Below, piece after piece: positions 1 to 12,087 of a stretch of DNA of 64,000 nucleotides (position 1 is the first letter of the stretch; every line of letters starts with the position of its first letter). The position numbers and the translations under genes are program-made. A model generated the notes under the pieces. It was not told the origin of the DNA. It was given only the letters and a program-made list of their open reading frames with translations, and searched no databases. The DNA is from Octopus sinensis (taxonomy: Eukaryota), in assembly GCF_006345805.1 (NCBI RefSeq), contig NC_042998.1:148676001-148740000 (forward strand), in the 5' to 3' direction.

Positions 1-172
1 TATGTAAGTAGGTAGGTAGGTAGGTAGGTAGCTTGGTAGAATTGTAGGTATGTAGGTAGACAGGAAGTTAGTTAGTTGGGTAGGTAGGTAGATAGGTAGG
101 CAGATAGGTATGTAGGTAGATAGGTAGTTAGGTAGGTAGGTAGGTAGGTAGGTAGGTAGGCATGTGGGTGGG
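1..172. repeat. (TAGG)n tetranucleotide microsatellite, degenerate
   Basis: Direct reading: repeated taggtaggtagg with variants. Confidence 0.95.
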
Positions 173-369
173 CGGGCATAACTTCAAAATTATAGTTAAC
201 GGGGAAAATCTAGCTACATAATTATAACATTGCAGTTATATATATACAGACACAGATAAAAACACATAAAACCCATGCGTATATATATATGTGTGTGTGT
301 GTGTGTGTGGTGTGTGTGTGTGTATGTGTAAAAATGTTTGTACATGTCTATCTATCTATCATATTATAT

Positions 370-477
370 TGTTACGGACCACCTGCCGTCGCTCAAACTC
401 TTCGGGAAAAACACGGGACCCTACCAAGTCGAGCGACGACGATTCACCGGCCCGATCGATCGGTGAATTCGCCACGG

Positions 478-512
<35 letters not shown>

Positions 513-1339
513 GGTGGGGGAAAGGCAGCAGCGAACCCGGCAGGACCGGCGACCGGAGATAACAACAACAACAAACAGGAAGAGACAGAGAGAGAGACGG
601 CGGAAGGCAATTGGCTACATTTAACAACAGTTTATACAATTATTACAACATCAAATAAATCAAAGATACATCAGGTATACAACAAATCAAAGCATTTAAA
701 CATGCAGATATTGTTCAATACATTTCAGATCAATTAATGTTCACGATACAGTCCAATCTTCAAATCACATTAAAGTCCTTCTCTTTTCTATTTCAACACG
801 TATCAACACAATTCACAATGTTCTTTAGAATCTCTTTAGCACTGTTCTTTCTTTTTTTTCCTTGTTTTCCTTCTTTCTCTTTTTTCAACACATCAATCAT
901 TTTACATTTCTTTTTCCTTTTATTTCACATATCTGAACATAAGTAAACACATACCGTTACAACAGCCAATGCCCTCACACCGTATTCCCTCTCTCTTAGC
1001 GCCATAATAGTATCTGTCTCTCTTCCCCCACGCTGTTGCTGCCTCACGCCGTAATCCTATCTGCCTGTCTTCCTCTTTCAGTCCACTGTCACAGCAGAAA
1101 CAACCTACTACTAACTTGCTCTGTCCTCAACTGTCCCGTCTGTGCTAGAGCTGCCGGCCGACTGTCCTTTTCAGGCTCACAGTTCCTCCTTTTTAAGGGG
1201 TGTTTCCACGAACTTTCTTTCCCCTGAAAAGGGTCGGAGGTCTCCCCAGAACTAATCAATCCACCTGAATCTGACAGGACAATGGATTTATTCACAAAAG
1301 TAGGTCGCAAGCACTGTCCTTGAATTGACCTTTATAACA
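370..1339. mobile_element. Solo LTR of an LTR retrotransposon (Gypsy-like by 4-bp TSD)
   Basis: Starts TGTTA (370-374) and ends TAACA (1335-1339), flanked by identical ATAT at 366-369 and 1340-1343. It is 970 bp, locally GC-richer than its flanks, with no coding internal region. On the minus strand there is a TTAAAA box (~1191-1196) upstream of an AATAAA (~918-923). Confidence 0.62.
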
Positions 1340-1621
1340 ATATATACATACACATTCAGTAATGTATTTACTATTGTTTGTGCGGTTTTCGAAATATATG
1401 CCTATGCCCGTAAAATGTATTTTAATTTAGTCAGTAAATATGTTTGCATTTATTTACGTAAATGCACATACATACACCTGCTCATAAATACATATACAGG
1501 CGTACACGCATAAACGCACACACATCTACGTACACACTCACACAGATACATAAATAGTTATATATATATATTTATATATATGCATATATATACATGTATA
1601 TATATATGCATATATATGATT

Positions 1622-1669
1622 TTGATTTTTTCAGTTTCAGTTAATGAGCTGTGGCCATGCTGGGGCACC

Positions 1670-1672
<3 letters not shown>
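1622..1672 (-). mobile_element. Isolated 3' tail of SINE family A or its partner LINE
   Basis: Minus strand GGCGGTGCCCCAGCATGGCCACAGCTC...ACTGAAAC matches the 3' end of full SINE-A copies; it sits in (TA)n. Similar tail-only pieces occur at ~39990-40042 (+) and ~57797-57855 (+). Confidence 0.65.
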
Positions 1673-1748
<76 letters not shown>

Positions 1749-1803
1749 TATACACAGACACACAGACAGACACACACACACACACACACCACACACACAC
1801 ACA

Positions 1804-1835
<32 letters not shown>

Positions 1836-1954
1836 TATATATATATATATACATACATATATATATATATATAAATTAATTAATAAATAAAACATATGCA
1901 TATATACATACATATATGTACGTACCTACCTCTACATGTATATATACATGCATA

Positions 1955-2640
1955 TATGGGTACAGGACACCAAAAAAAACGTCGAACACAATGAGAAACG
2001 AAAACATAAACACAAAACCAAGGAAATGGAAATTTTTTTTAAAACAACGAAAAAATAGAGTACAGGACATACAAAACAAGGAAAATTCCCCTTCTTCAGT
2101 CGCCTTAATTTCATCTACTCCACGTTTCGAAGGTCAAGGCGAGGTATGACTTCAATGAAACTTTCCTTCCCGCGAAAATCAAATTAAATAAAATTTGAGA
2201 TTTTTTTTTCGGAGGGGTAAAAATGGTAACAAAAATAGGACAGTAACGACAGTACAAAATATAAACAGTAAAAGACAGGACAGAGAATAACAGTAACACA
2301 AACAAGAAGGGCTGTTAAGCCAAACGAGATAAAAATTCTTTCACGAACGCTATTGTTTGAGGACGGCAGAGAGAACAGATTACCGTCTCTACTTGACGGA
2401 GTCCAGGTGAAGAAAGACAGAAATAGCCATCTCATCACGTGACCGCGACGGCGGGGGGGAGTAAGAGAAAGGGAGAGAAAAAAGGGGGAATGGTTGTAGA
2501 GAAAAGAATGAAGAATGAGAAAGAAAGGAAGACACGGTAAGGTAGAAGAAAAGGAAAGCCAAAGAATGAAGGCTGAGAAAGGGAGGGGAGAGAAAGGTTA
2601 AGACTGCGCATCATTTTTAATATTAAGAAAAATCTTACTT
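1955..2640 (-). mobile_element. Repeat family ending in GTCCTGTACCCATA, probably Penelope-like, with a hammerhead-like core
   Basis: The same terminus (atgggtacaggac) recurs at ~37231 and ~56547. The first two copies carry CTGANGA-AGGG on the minus strand. Superfamily assignment is inferred. Confidence 0.45.
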
Positions 2641-2732
2641 AGAAAGGGATGCGTGCGTTCTGTTATATAATAAATTACCTATGTATGTATATACGTATAT
2701 ACCTATATACACGCACAAACACTTGCACACAT

Positions 2733-3114
2733 ACTCTTTTACTTGCTTCAGTTATTTGACTGTAGTCATGCTGAAGCACCGCCTTTTTTTGACCAAATCG
2801 ACCCCAGGGCTTATTCTTTGTGAGCCTTGTACTTATTCTCTCTCTTTTGCCGAACCGTGTAGTTCACGGAGACGTAAGTACACTAACCTCGGTGTCAAGC
2901 GATTGTGGGTGGACCAACACAGACACACAAATACATACATACATATGTAGGCATGTATATACGACGGGATTCTTTGAGTTTCCGTCTATGAAATCCTCTC
3001 ACAAGGCTTTGGTCGGCCCAAGACTATAGTAGAAGACATTGGCCTAAGGTGCCACGCAGTGGAACTGAACCCCGGAACCATATGGTTGGGAAGCAAGCTT
3101 CTTCCTACGCAGCC
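2733..3114 (-). mobile_element. SINE family A (tRNA-like head, central TA/TG microsatellite, TAAAAGAG-type tail)
   Basis: Reverse complement of the head GGCTGCGTAGG...GGTTCCGGGGTTCAGTTCCACTGCGTGGCACC, the body GGGCCGACCAAAGCCTTGTGAG and the tail GGCGGTGCTTCAGCATG; homologous to copies at 21345, 34954, 38783 and 61276. Confidence 0.9.
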
Positions 3115-3725
3115 TATACATATGTGTATATAATTTTATTTCTGTCTATATACACATAAAAGTGTGTGTGTATATATAACTTTATTTCTGTCTACACATA
3201 TATGCCTAGTGCCTGTCTGTCCGTTAGTTTGGGGTGTATATGTGCTATGTGTATGCGTATAAGTGTGTGTGTTCGCGAAAGCTGTTCAGAAGGTCCGAGA
3301 TATTTATAAGTACATGAACCATGTACTTGATCTCAAATCAAGAAAATATTCTATCATGGCGGCCATACATTTGAAGTGCATTTGTCAATACGCATACATC
3401 TCTAGCAGCAATAATACGTTCGCTGCATAATTGCATGGCTGCCTACTTAGCTCTGCAAAAACTTCCATCATCTTCGACCTCTTTCTTCGTTTCGTCAGCG
3501 TGTCGTTCGTCCGGCCAACACTCCTCCATAACCCAATGACTTTTCTCCACTCGTCCGTTAGAGTCAGTCGCCTGTTTCTTTACTATTTGTTTTATTTTTT
3601 ATCTCTACTTTTATGTGTGTGTTTGTAGCATATGTGTATATATGTATATACGTATACATGTAAGTATTTATATATATACATATGTATGTGTGTGTACATA
3701 CATACATACATACACACACACGCAC

Positions 3726-3793
<68 letters not shown>

Positions 3794-3932
3794 GGATGGA
3801 TGGATGGATGGACGGATGGATGCATGCATATATTATTTGAAAACAGTTTGATTGGGTTCCGTGTGACTTCAAGTTTCGCAGGTCTGTAACCGGAGCACTT
3901 CTCTTTCAGGCTTAGGCTTGCTGATATACATA

Positions 3933-4012
<80 letters not shown>

Positions 4013-4689
4013 TGAGTGTGTGTGCGTGTGCTCTTGTGTGTGTGTCTGCGTCTGTGTGTATGTATGTAAGCGAGTGTGCGTGTGTGTGTTTATAATTATC
4101 TTTAACATAGGCTAAAAGGGGGTGGACTTATTCTATGCATCGAACCTAGTACTTGGCTAGTACTTTATTCTATCCTGCTGTGAATAAAGACAGAGTGAGA
4201 AAAGAAGAGTTCAGCAGAGCTGCCTTCATTCAATAAAACCATATCCCCAAATCTTTTAGCAGTGCCATTGCAAAGTCTTCCATTTGATATTAGATAACTG
4301 CTCGAGAAGAAATCTCTAGCTTGGACCCTAGGACTTGGAAATTCCTGATAATTACTGGTAGCTTCCATATCAACATTGTCAGTGACAGAATCTGTTAAAT
4401 GGAGTGACGCTGGAGAAGACATAACATAAGTCCAGACGATCTTTCAGAGCCAGTGTTTCCCTTTGGTTACATTTGCTGAACAATTAAATGAGAAATGAGC
4501 ACATTATGTGTATACTCAATATCACATTATTAGACGAAGTACTCAGTAGGTACTCTGAGTGTACAGCTTTTCTATGTGGCTGGTCTGAAATACCTAAACA
4601 GAAACTTAGAGAAGACATCTTCAACATATCAGCAGAAAGTTATGTGTGTTGTATATATCTCTTAAGGATGAGAATATTAATATATACAG

Positions 4690-4965
4690 GAAGAATAACT
4701 TCTCCTGGACCTACGATACGTACATCATGCATCTCCGAGAAGGCAATATCATTGCTATGGCGAAATGGGAGATAGCAACGAAACACCTGATGAACAAGAG
4801 AGAGAAAGAAGCTTCTTGATCTCCACACTGTGATAGAAAATGTCGGTTGCGCCATGAAGGTGAGGAAGATATCACCCAAAATTGTCGCAAGATATTACCT
4901 TCCCATGGGACAGGCAATATCGGTAAGACCGTCTATAATGCTGTACGTCAGAATAATTTTCTTGG
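4690..4965 (+). pseudogene. Decayed RLE-type non-LTR retrotransposon fragment (zinc-knuckle region)
   Basis: Manual translation SWTYDTYIMHLREGNIIAMAKWEIATKHL...CDRKCRL...EDI, then in a shifted frame ARYYLPM, resembles the CxxC...RHD region preceding the RLE domain; stop and frameshifts present. Confidence 0.55.
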
Positions 4966-7900
4966 TGGCCATTCCAAAGGTACATCAGAGCGAGAAAGTA
5001 TTCATTGATGTTGATGTGATTCGACATTTGTGTTTTTTCAATGGTTTGCGTTGACATTTTGCATTTGTTGATTGGCTGTTATCTCTCAGCGTCTTCATTG
5101 GTTATTCTTTCATGAGGAAACGTATTTTGACTTTGCATAGTCTTACTAGATTCTTTTTGTTAATCTAGTTAAGCCTCTTCTTTCGATAGGTTTGTTTTGG
5201 TATATTTTGGGGGTATTTTTTTAGTCAAGTTTACTTCGGTGTAGTTTTGTTAAGGTGTTGTGTTTGTAGATGTTGTTTGATCACTGTTAAGGATTTTTAG
5301 AAGATTTTTGAAGGTGACTTGAAGGGTCCTCATTAAGGACATATCTATTGTGAATACTGAGTGATTTTGGTACAACACTTCGAAAGTGTTTGTGTTTATT
5401 TGAATAGAATCAAGTGTTTAAATAATAATTCTGAAAGCGTGTTTCTTTGTATGTTGAACATCTGGTTTAAATATGCTTGATGACATGTGCATATCAGGGT
5501 GGTCACGCATGGCATAAAACTCGTGTCGCAAGGTAAAGATTCAGGGTCAATAAACCACGCACACTATAACGTGTATTAAGTACTATATTACTATTCGTTC
5601 GATATAATTCAATGTAGTGTGAGTGTTCGAATGTTGACTAACGTCGAACGAATGATAGGGAAGTGCTCATATCCACAACTGTCCTCTTGTCTCCAGTCAA
5701 TGAAAGTGTCTTTTCTTTAATGGCATGTCTCTTTTACAGAATTTATGATTCTTAAAATTATCTCACCTTCTCGTTTGGAGTAAATATAAATTACTACCTA
5801 CCAATTAATGTATCCTAAAATTTTATTTTTAATATACCCATATTCGTCTATATTTATATACATGCCACTAGCCATGTATTTGAGTTATTTCTCCTTGCTC
5901 ATCTCCGGTTCATTTATATAAATTATATTGACCATAAATGCTTTCTATTCTTTTTTTTTTGTATATATCTATATCTACGTGTCTCCTTTGCTGTAAATAA
6001 CGTAGAATAAATACTGTGTGATGACGACGCTTAATGTTGCAGAAACACGTGTTTGTCTTGGAAAATTATCGCTTCTTAAAATTACCCCATCTTCTCATTG
6101 GAGCAGGAACCACTTTTCAGCAAGTGTTTGTTCTACTCTCTTTGGAAACAGAGGTAATTTAAGCAAAACTGAGACTTTATGTTGTACGTTATTTGATATT
6201 ATATTAATCATCTTTCGATATTACATGTGCGCGCGCGTGCACGAATATGAATGCATGTATATGTTAAATATAGAGAGATAGTCGTTAAATACTTCTAATC
6301 ACTCTCGTAGAGTTATCTCAAAGTTTCACGGTCTTAAAATCACACCTCATCCTTCAGTTCAGCGGTGCTAATATATGGGAACACAATGGGAATGTTCAAG
6401 AACTTTTGCCTTACTATAGTTATCCCCGCTAATGTAACTGAAGTCAAATTCTCCGACAATTACTTTAGAACTGAAAGCATAGAAACATTACACCTACTGA
6501 AAGCCTAACGAGTAAACCGTCAATATTACATGAATACTACTTCGCCAGATACAACTAGAAATTTAGGGGACGATATTAGTAAAATAATCTCCAGTTTATC
6601 TTCGTAAAGAGCCGCATCTTGCATACGAAGTGTAAGCGAGTAAATTGACAATAGACTATACAACTCTAGATCAGAGTTTATTGTGTATATTATATACAAG
6701 TCTACACTCAGCAAACTATAACTACAGTGGAATATTATTTATACTGTAGTCATACAGATGACATTAGTATCCATAGCTACATCACACGATATAACTAGAC
6801 TATATCAAAATCATGCCATAACCACAAAGTAATCATTACAGAACACGCTATGCCATTGGTCACGTAACCAAGTGATCATTACAATCTAATCGCTCAAGAC
6901 TCAGCTATATTTACGAATATACTACACAAACATACACCACATGGTTTCAAAACATGCTGCAATGTAAATCACAACGACAACTACATCAAAAATATATCAT
7001 AGCCAAATGTACCCCCGCTGTACCAGTAACGAGCCAGCGACTTTTTTAGACGTGGTTACAGCTGTATCTACCCCAAACCACACCCGACAGTTTTGGACAT
7101 ATTAGGTAATATAGTTTAGTTACACTGCTTGAATTATAAAACAAAACAGAGGGTCACGGCTGGAATCCTTTTGATCATATGCCCGCTCAGTCAGGGCTGA
7201 CGTTATGCTAAACAACAATAACTACTATAATATGAACAACAACAAAAACGACAATAACCAGATGTTATTACGTAATAACTCCCACATTGTATCCCGATTT
7301 CCACTGAATAGCCGAAACAACCTTAACTGAACGCCCTACTATACAACATACAATTGCACAACTGTATCAGCTACAACCACAACCACACCATAATAGACGG
7401 CAGCCATAACCACACCAGTGTACAACCATACCACAAATAACTGGCGCCAACAAACCGGAACAGGCGCCGGAAATTAATGATGCACAACTGTTGTAACAGT
7501 GTATCGATCAGGTTGGCTATCGAATGACACAATATCGATCGGACGATGAGAGAAAGAAAGGGGGAGATGGAGGGGAGAGAGAGGGGAAAGAGGGTGAGAG
7601 GGAGAGGGAGAGGTCCAAGAACGAAATAGGGCGATGAAATTTAGAGCGTTTACAGCGAGGGTATATATATACACATAAACACACAAATATATATACACAT
7701 ACACACACACACACACATATATATATATTCATACATATATAAATGTTTACGCACACATATAGAAACACACACACGCAGAGAAAGAGTGAGTGAGTGAGTG
7801 AGTGAGTGACGATGAGTGGGTAAAGGAGAGAAAGATAGAGAACGAACGTGGAAAAAACTCAGAAATAGAGAAGGCACAAAATAAACCAACACAAAATTTA

Positions 7901-8550
7901 AAAAAGGAAATAAAATATAAAAAATGTATAAAATAAAAAGAGTAAAAATGGTGAACACGGGGAAGAAGTAAACAGGGTTGAGGTGAAAACGGTGTTGAGG
8001 GAGACAGCAATAGAGAAATCAGGAATGGTCTGATATAATAAGTGAATGACAAGGAAAAGAGAGGCAGAAAGAGAGAAAGAACGAAAAACGAAAACTGGAT
8101 AGTTAGCAAGAAATAAAAAAGAAAGAAAGAAATGAAAAAGAGATGGGAAAGTGGGAGAAAGGAGACAGAGATAAAGAAAGAAAACAAAGAAATAATGAAA
8201 ATTGGCAAAAAATAGGGTGGGGGTAAGCAAGCGAGAGCTTCATTAGGTACAAAGAAATATATATATATATATATATATATACTGAGAGAGAGAGAGAGAG
8301 AAATGGAGAGAATGTATTGGTATGGTATCTTAGAGGACGAGAAAAGAGGAGAAAAAGAAAGAAATACAGTTAAAATCTGGAGAAATATTGCTAATTACGT
8401 AGAGCTTTATGGATTGTAATGTCGATAAGTAAATAGATACAGAGACACACAAGCAAAAAGACAAATTATATGTGTATATACATATATACATACTCATATG
8501 TATACGTATATACATACACATATATATGTATATATATATATCTACATACA

Positions 8551-8772
8551 GCGGTGAGCTGGCAGAAATGCCGGGCGAAATGCTTAGCGGTATTTTGTCT
8601 GCCGTTACGTTCTGAGTTCAAATTCCGCCGAGGTCGACTTTGCCTTTCATCCTTTCAGGGTCGATAAATTAAGTACCAGTTACGCACTGGGGTCGATGTA
8701 ATCGACTTAATCCGTTTGTCTGTACTTGTTTGTCCCCTCTATGTTTAGCCTCCTGTGGGCAATAAAGAAATA
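8551..8772 (+). mobile_element. SINE family B (tRNA-like head, GCCTTTCATCCTTTCGGGGTCGATAAA central domain)
   Basis: GCGGTGAGCTGGCAGAAA...GAGTTCAAATTCCGCCGAGGTCGACTTTGCCTTTCATCC...GTGGGCAATAAAGAAA; near-identical to 51194-51428. Confidence 0.9.
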
Positions 8773-8811
8773 TATATACATACACATATGCATACAGCCA
8801 TACGTACGTAC

Positions 8812-8863
<52 letters not shown>

Positions 8864-9340
8864 TATATATATATTTCCGTGTATCATTGATATACTCAAA
8901 CACCAAATTTTCACAGGATGTATTCCTTATATGTTGCTTATATCATACCTTATGCAACGCTACATCTACTAACTGGAACTTTACATATAAACTTTCACCT
9001 CTGTAACACGGTTCATACCATCAAACCCACCACTAAAGTTCTATAGAAACATGATGTGAACTACTGCCTAAAATTATCCCTCCTGAAAAAACTCCCCCTA
9101 AGAACGACTAATTTCCCCTACCCACCAATGGATGAAATAACATGGTTCTTATAATATATTACAGGAAGTCTGTATCTTATTTTCCGTTGCTATGCCCAAA
9201 TCATTGAACTATGATGTACTCCACTTGTATTCTTGCTCTTACCCTTATTCTGATTCTACTCTATTTAAAAGGATAAACACACTGTAGCTATTCTTAACTA
9301 ACTTTTATTTGTATTAACCCCCCCCCCCCCTTAACCACTT

Positions 9341-9470
9341 ATACCTTCTGAAGAAGCCTAAGGACACACCCATTTTCCAAGCATTGTCTGCTCATCCCTG
9401 CATAACACTGAAAAGATGGAGATAACCTGAAAGATTCCGTTGACTCTTGGCAGAAACGGCCGTAAGGAAC
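9341..9470 (+). ncRNA. Decayed type I hammerhead-like motif with long stem II (Penelope-like remnant)
   Basis: CTGAAGA 9348-9354; GCC...GGC stem II base; GAAA 9453-9456; palindrome ACGGCCGT 9456-9463; A-A mismatch at the base of stem II and weak stem I. Confidence 0.45.
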
Positions 9471-9837
9471 TAGCACCTGCACACCCATTCAGTTTATCGT
9501 CAGTTTGCTCTTTTGCCCAATTGCTCATTTGTTTCTATATGCTTATATGTTTTCACATCCTTCACTCATGCATGTGTGTATATGCATCTAATACATTTGA
9601 ATAAATAGATATACAGGAATGTTTACAGGCTGATGTCTGTCGATTTTATATCCTCTCCGTTTTCTTATTTGCCTATATATATATATATATCGATGCATAC
9701 ATAGAAAGTTAGATATTCATACATACATACAGACAGACAGACAAGCAGGCAGGCAGTTAAGCAGACAGACAGGCGGATAGATAGGTAGATAGATATATAG
9801 CTAGACAAAAATTAACGTTTGTATGTTATAATCTTCT

Positions 9838-9980
9838 TTACTTTAGGCACAACGTCTGAAAATTTGGAGGAGGGGCTAGTCGATTACATCCACCCCGTAC
9901 ATGACTGGTACTTATTTTATCGAACAAGACGGTATGAAAGGCAAGGTCGACCCCGGCAGAATTTGAACACAGAACGTAGA
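9838..9980 (-). mobile_element. SINE family B-related fragment
   Basis: Reverse complement of the GTTCAAATTCTGCCGGGGTCGACCTTGCCTTTCAT...GATAAAATAAGTACCAG domain and tail. Confidence 0.75.
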
Positions 9981-10314
9981 GACGGATTTACATGTTATAA
10001 TAAAATCAATTTTGCATTAAATTGAAGGATTACTCAATACATTTGGTAGAGAGCAAACTTAACATTCTTTAACAAGAATAGCAGACAGCGACCTCAAAAT
10101 GTTAGCCAGCTCAACCATCATAGGCTATAGATGTAAATATTTGTATATACATATTTTAATTATCTTCGAGCTTTCGTTTTCTCGCTTCGAAACCATTGTC
10201 TTTTTCTCTTGTAAAATTCAATAAACTCTACTAAAAAGTATTGAATGAATTGTTATTTTAATGTCAAAATATTTTTATAATGTAACTTGAGGCAAAAACA
10301 AATATTAGTTTCAA

Positions 10315-10497
10315 ATTTTGGTACAAGGCCAGCAATTTTGAGGGGAGGGATAAGACGATTACACTAACTTAGTGTCGACCTTCAAGGATGAAAGGCAAAG
10401 TCGACCTCTGCGGAATATGCACTCAAATCGTAAAGATGGACAAAATGCTGCTAAGCATTTTCTCCATCGTGCTAACAATTCTGTTAGCTCACCGCCC
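10315..10497 (-). mobile_element. SINE family B-related copy, diverged
   Basis: Reverse complement of GGCGGTGAGCTAACAGAATTGTTAGCACG...GAGGTCGACTTTGCCTTTCATCC. Confidence 0.75.
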
Positions 10498-10571
10498 TAT
10501 ACAAAAACAAATATTGATATATATTCATATACGTATTTATACATGCATACATACATAAGTATATCTGTGTG

Positions 10572-10608
<37 letters not shown>

Positions 10609-10613
10609 CTGCT

Positions 10614-10650
<37 letters not shown>

Positions 10651-10652
<2 letters not shown>

Positions 10653-11196
10653 TGGCTGCCCCCTCGTTATCGAGTATGGCCATTGCACGAAGCTTAATCG
10701 ATGTTGTTATCGTGCAATGCCTGTGCAAGAAGATTTTTTTAAAGTGAGGAAAAGCTGTGCACTGAGTCAATCCCACTCATTAAGCAACACCAGCCATAAT
10801 CCCAAAAGAAGAACAAGTCAACATTATCGGTAACCACCGAGCCGCAGGTTTTCTATCGGAGTTATCCCAGTTACCTGAGTTACCTTCTCCTAGAAGGATG
10901 CCCTAACAAAGGCGAGGAGTCCTTCACTCCCAATGGTTTAACCGCGCGATCGGGTATTCAGTCCGATTATTTCTATGTCCCTGCGCATGATATAGCCTTA
11001 AGACATTTATTGGATGGTCGTTGACTCTCAAGAGTTCCTCCGCCCTTTGACGGGTTTTGTTTTTCATCCTGCAGGGTGTCCAATAAACACCCTCCTCGCC
11101 AAGCAAGCTTGGTGGGGTTGCCGGTTTAGTCGCCGACGACCCGACCATGCAACAGGTTGTACTGGGTTACATGTTACCAGTAGCACTCGAAAGTGA
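10651..11196 (-). mobile_element. Non-autonomous RTE-derived element (5'UTR-like part joined to 3' end)
   Basis: Minus strand carries GGCATCCTTCTAGGAGAAGGTAACTC (recalled RTE 5'UTR-like motif, ~10879-10903) and ends ...CATACTCGATAACGAGGGGGCAGCC with a CTCG/CGAG hairpin and (TA)n tail; no ORF. Confidence 0.55.
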
Positions 11197-12039
11197 CCTG
11201 ACATAAATATATATATATGCATATATGTATATATATATATAAATATATATATATATGCATATATACATACATGTATACATATGTGCTTGTGGCTGTTGCA
11301 TTAGAAATAACCAACGAGGTAGAATCTACTGAATATTGGACTATATTTTTTCAACTGCCAAAAGATTTCTTACCTACTTTTACGAATATATTAATTTTTT
11401 TCTAAATTGGAATTGTTTCTGAAAGGATGTCTTTTGAAATTGATGTTCTTGATAATACGGAATAGATACTTTTTAGAAGCGTCTCGACTAGGATTATGTT
11501 GAGAGTTTCTTCTAGTCTTGAAGACGCATTTGATTTACCCTCTTCACTATCAGTTGATTTGGAGGTGCAAGTTTTGTTACTTTCATACATTTAGAAGTTG
11601 TAAAGTGACAGAACGTCGCTCTCCTCGAAGGTCTGAAGGTTGAAGGACATAAATATCGATTTGTATCCAACGCGGAATGCTGCTAGATACGTTAAGCCTT
11701 ATGTTTGTGTAAGAGATGGTTGCAATCTCTGTTTTTAGGAACTGGTAGAAATTTTTAAATGCAAAGGTGAAATTATTAATAGATCAGTTGAATTAAGAAT
11801 CAAATGCCTGCATTCTACCTGTAGAACTTCCTTATTCGTTAAACCAATTCTGTAAAGTCTTCTTATGTATCTATAACATTACAATATAAACACTACTAAT
11901 GATAAGATTGATGGGTTATATTTAGCTAGCCTAGCATATCTTAATACTATTAATACATATGACTGATCATTTTAAAGTTACTTTTGCCATCCCTTAGTCT
12001 AACGACAGACACCGATGACAGTGCAGTGATTTTATATAA

Positions 12040-12087
<48 letters not shown>

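Noticed and set aside
4165-4422. 85-aa minus-strand ORF with ordinary composition
   Set aside because: No recognisable motif or supporting splice context; a host exon cannot be supported without a search.
10895-10930. HDV-like L3 motif ACTCCTCGCCT on the minus strand
   Set aside because: The following strand (TTGTTAG) cannot pair with a G-initiated P1, so the nested pseudoknot does not assemble.
11478-11525. GACTAG/CTAGTC stem followed by GAGAC (minus strand)
   Set aside because: Both hammerhead core boxes would need several repairs; too degenerate.
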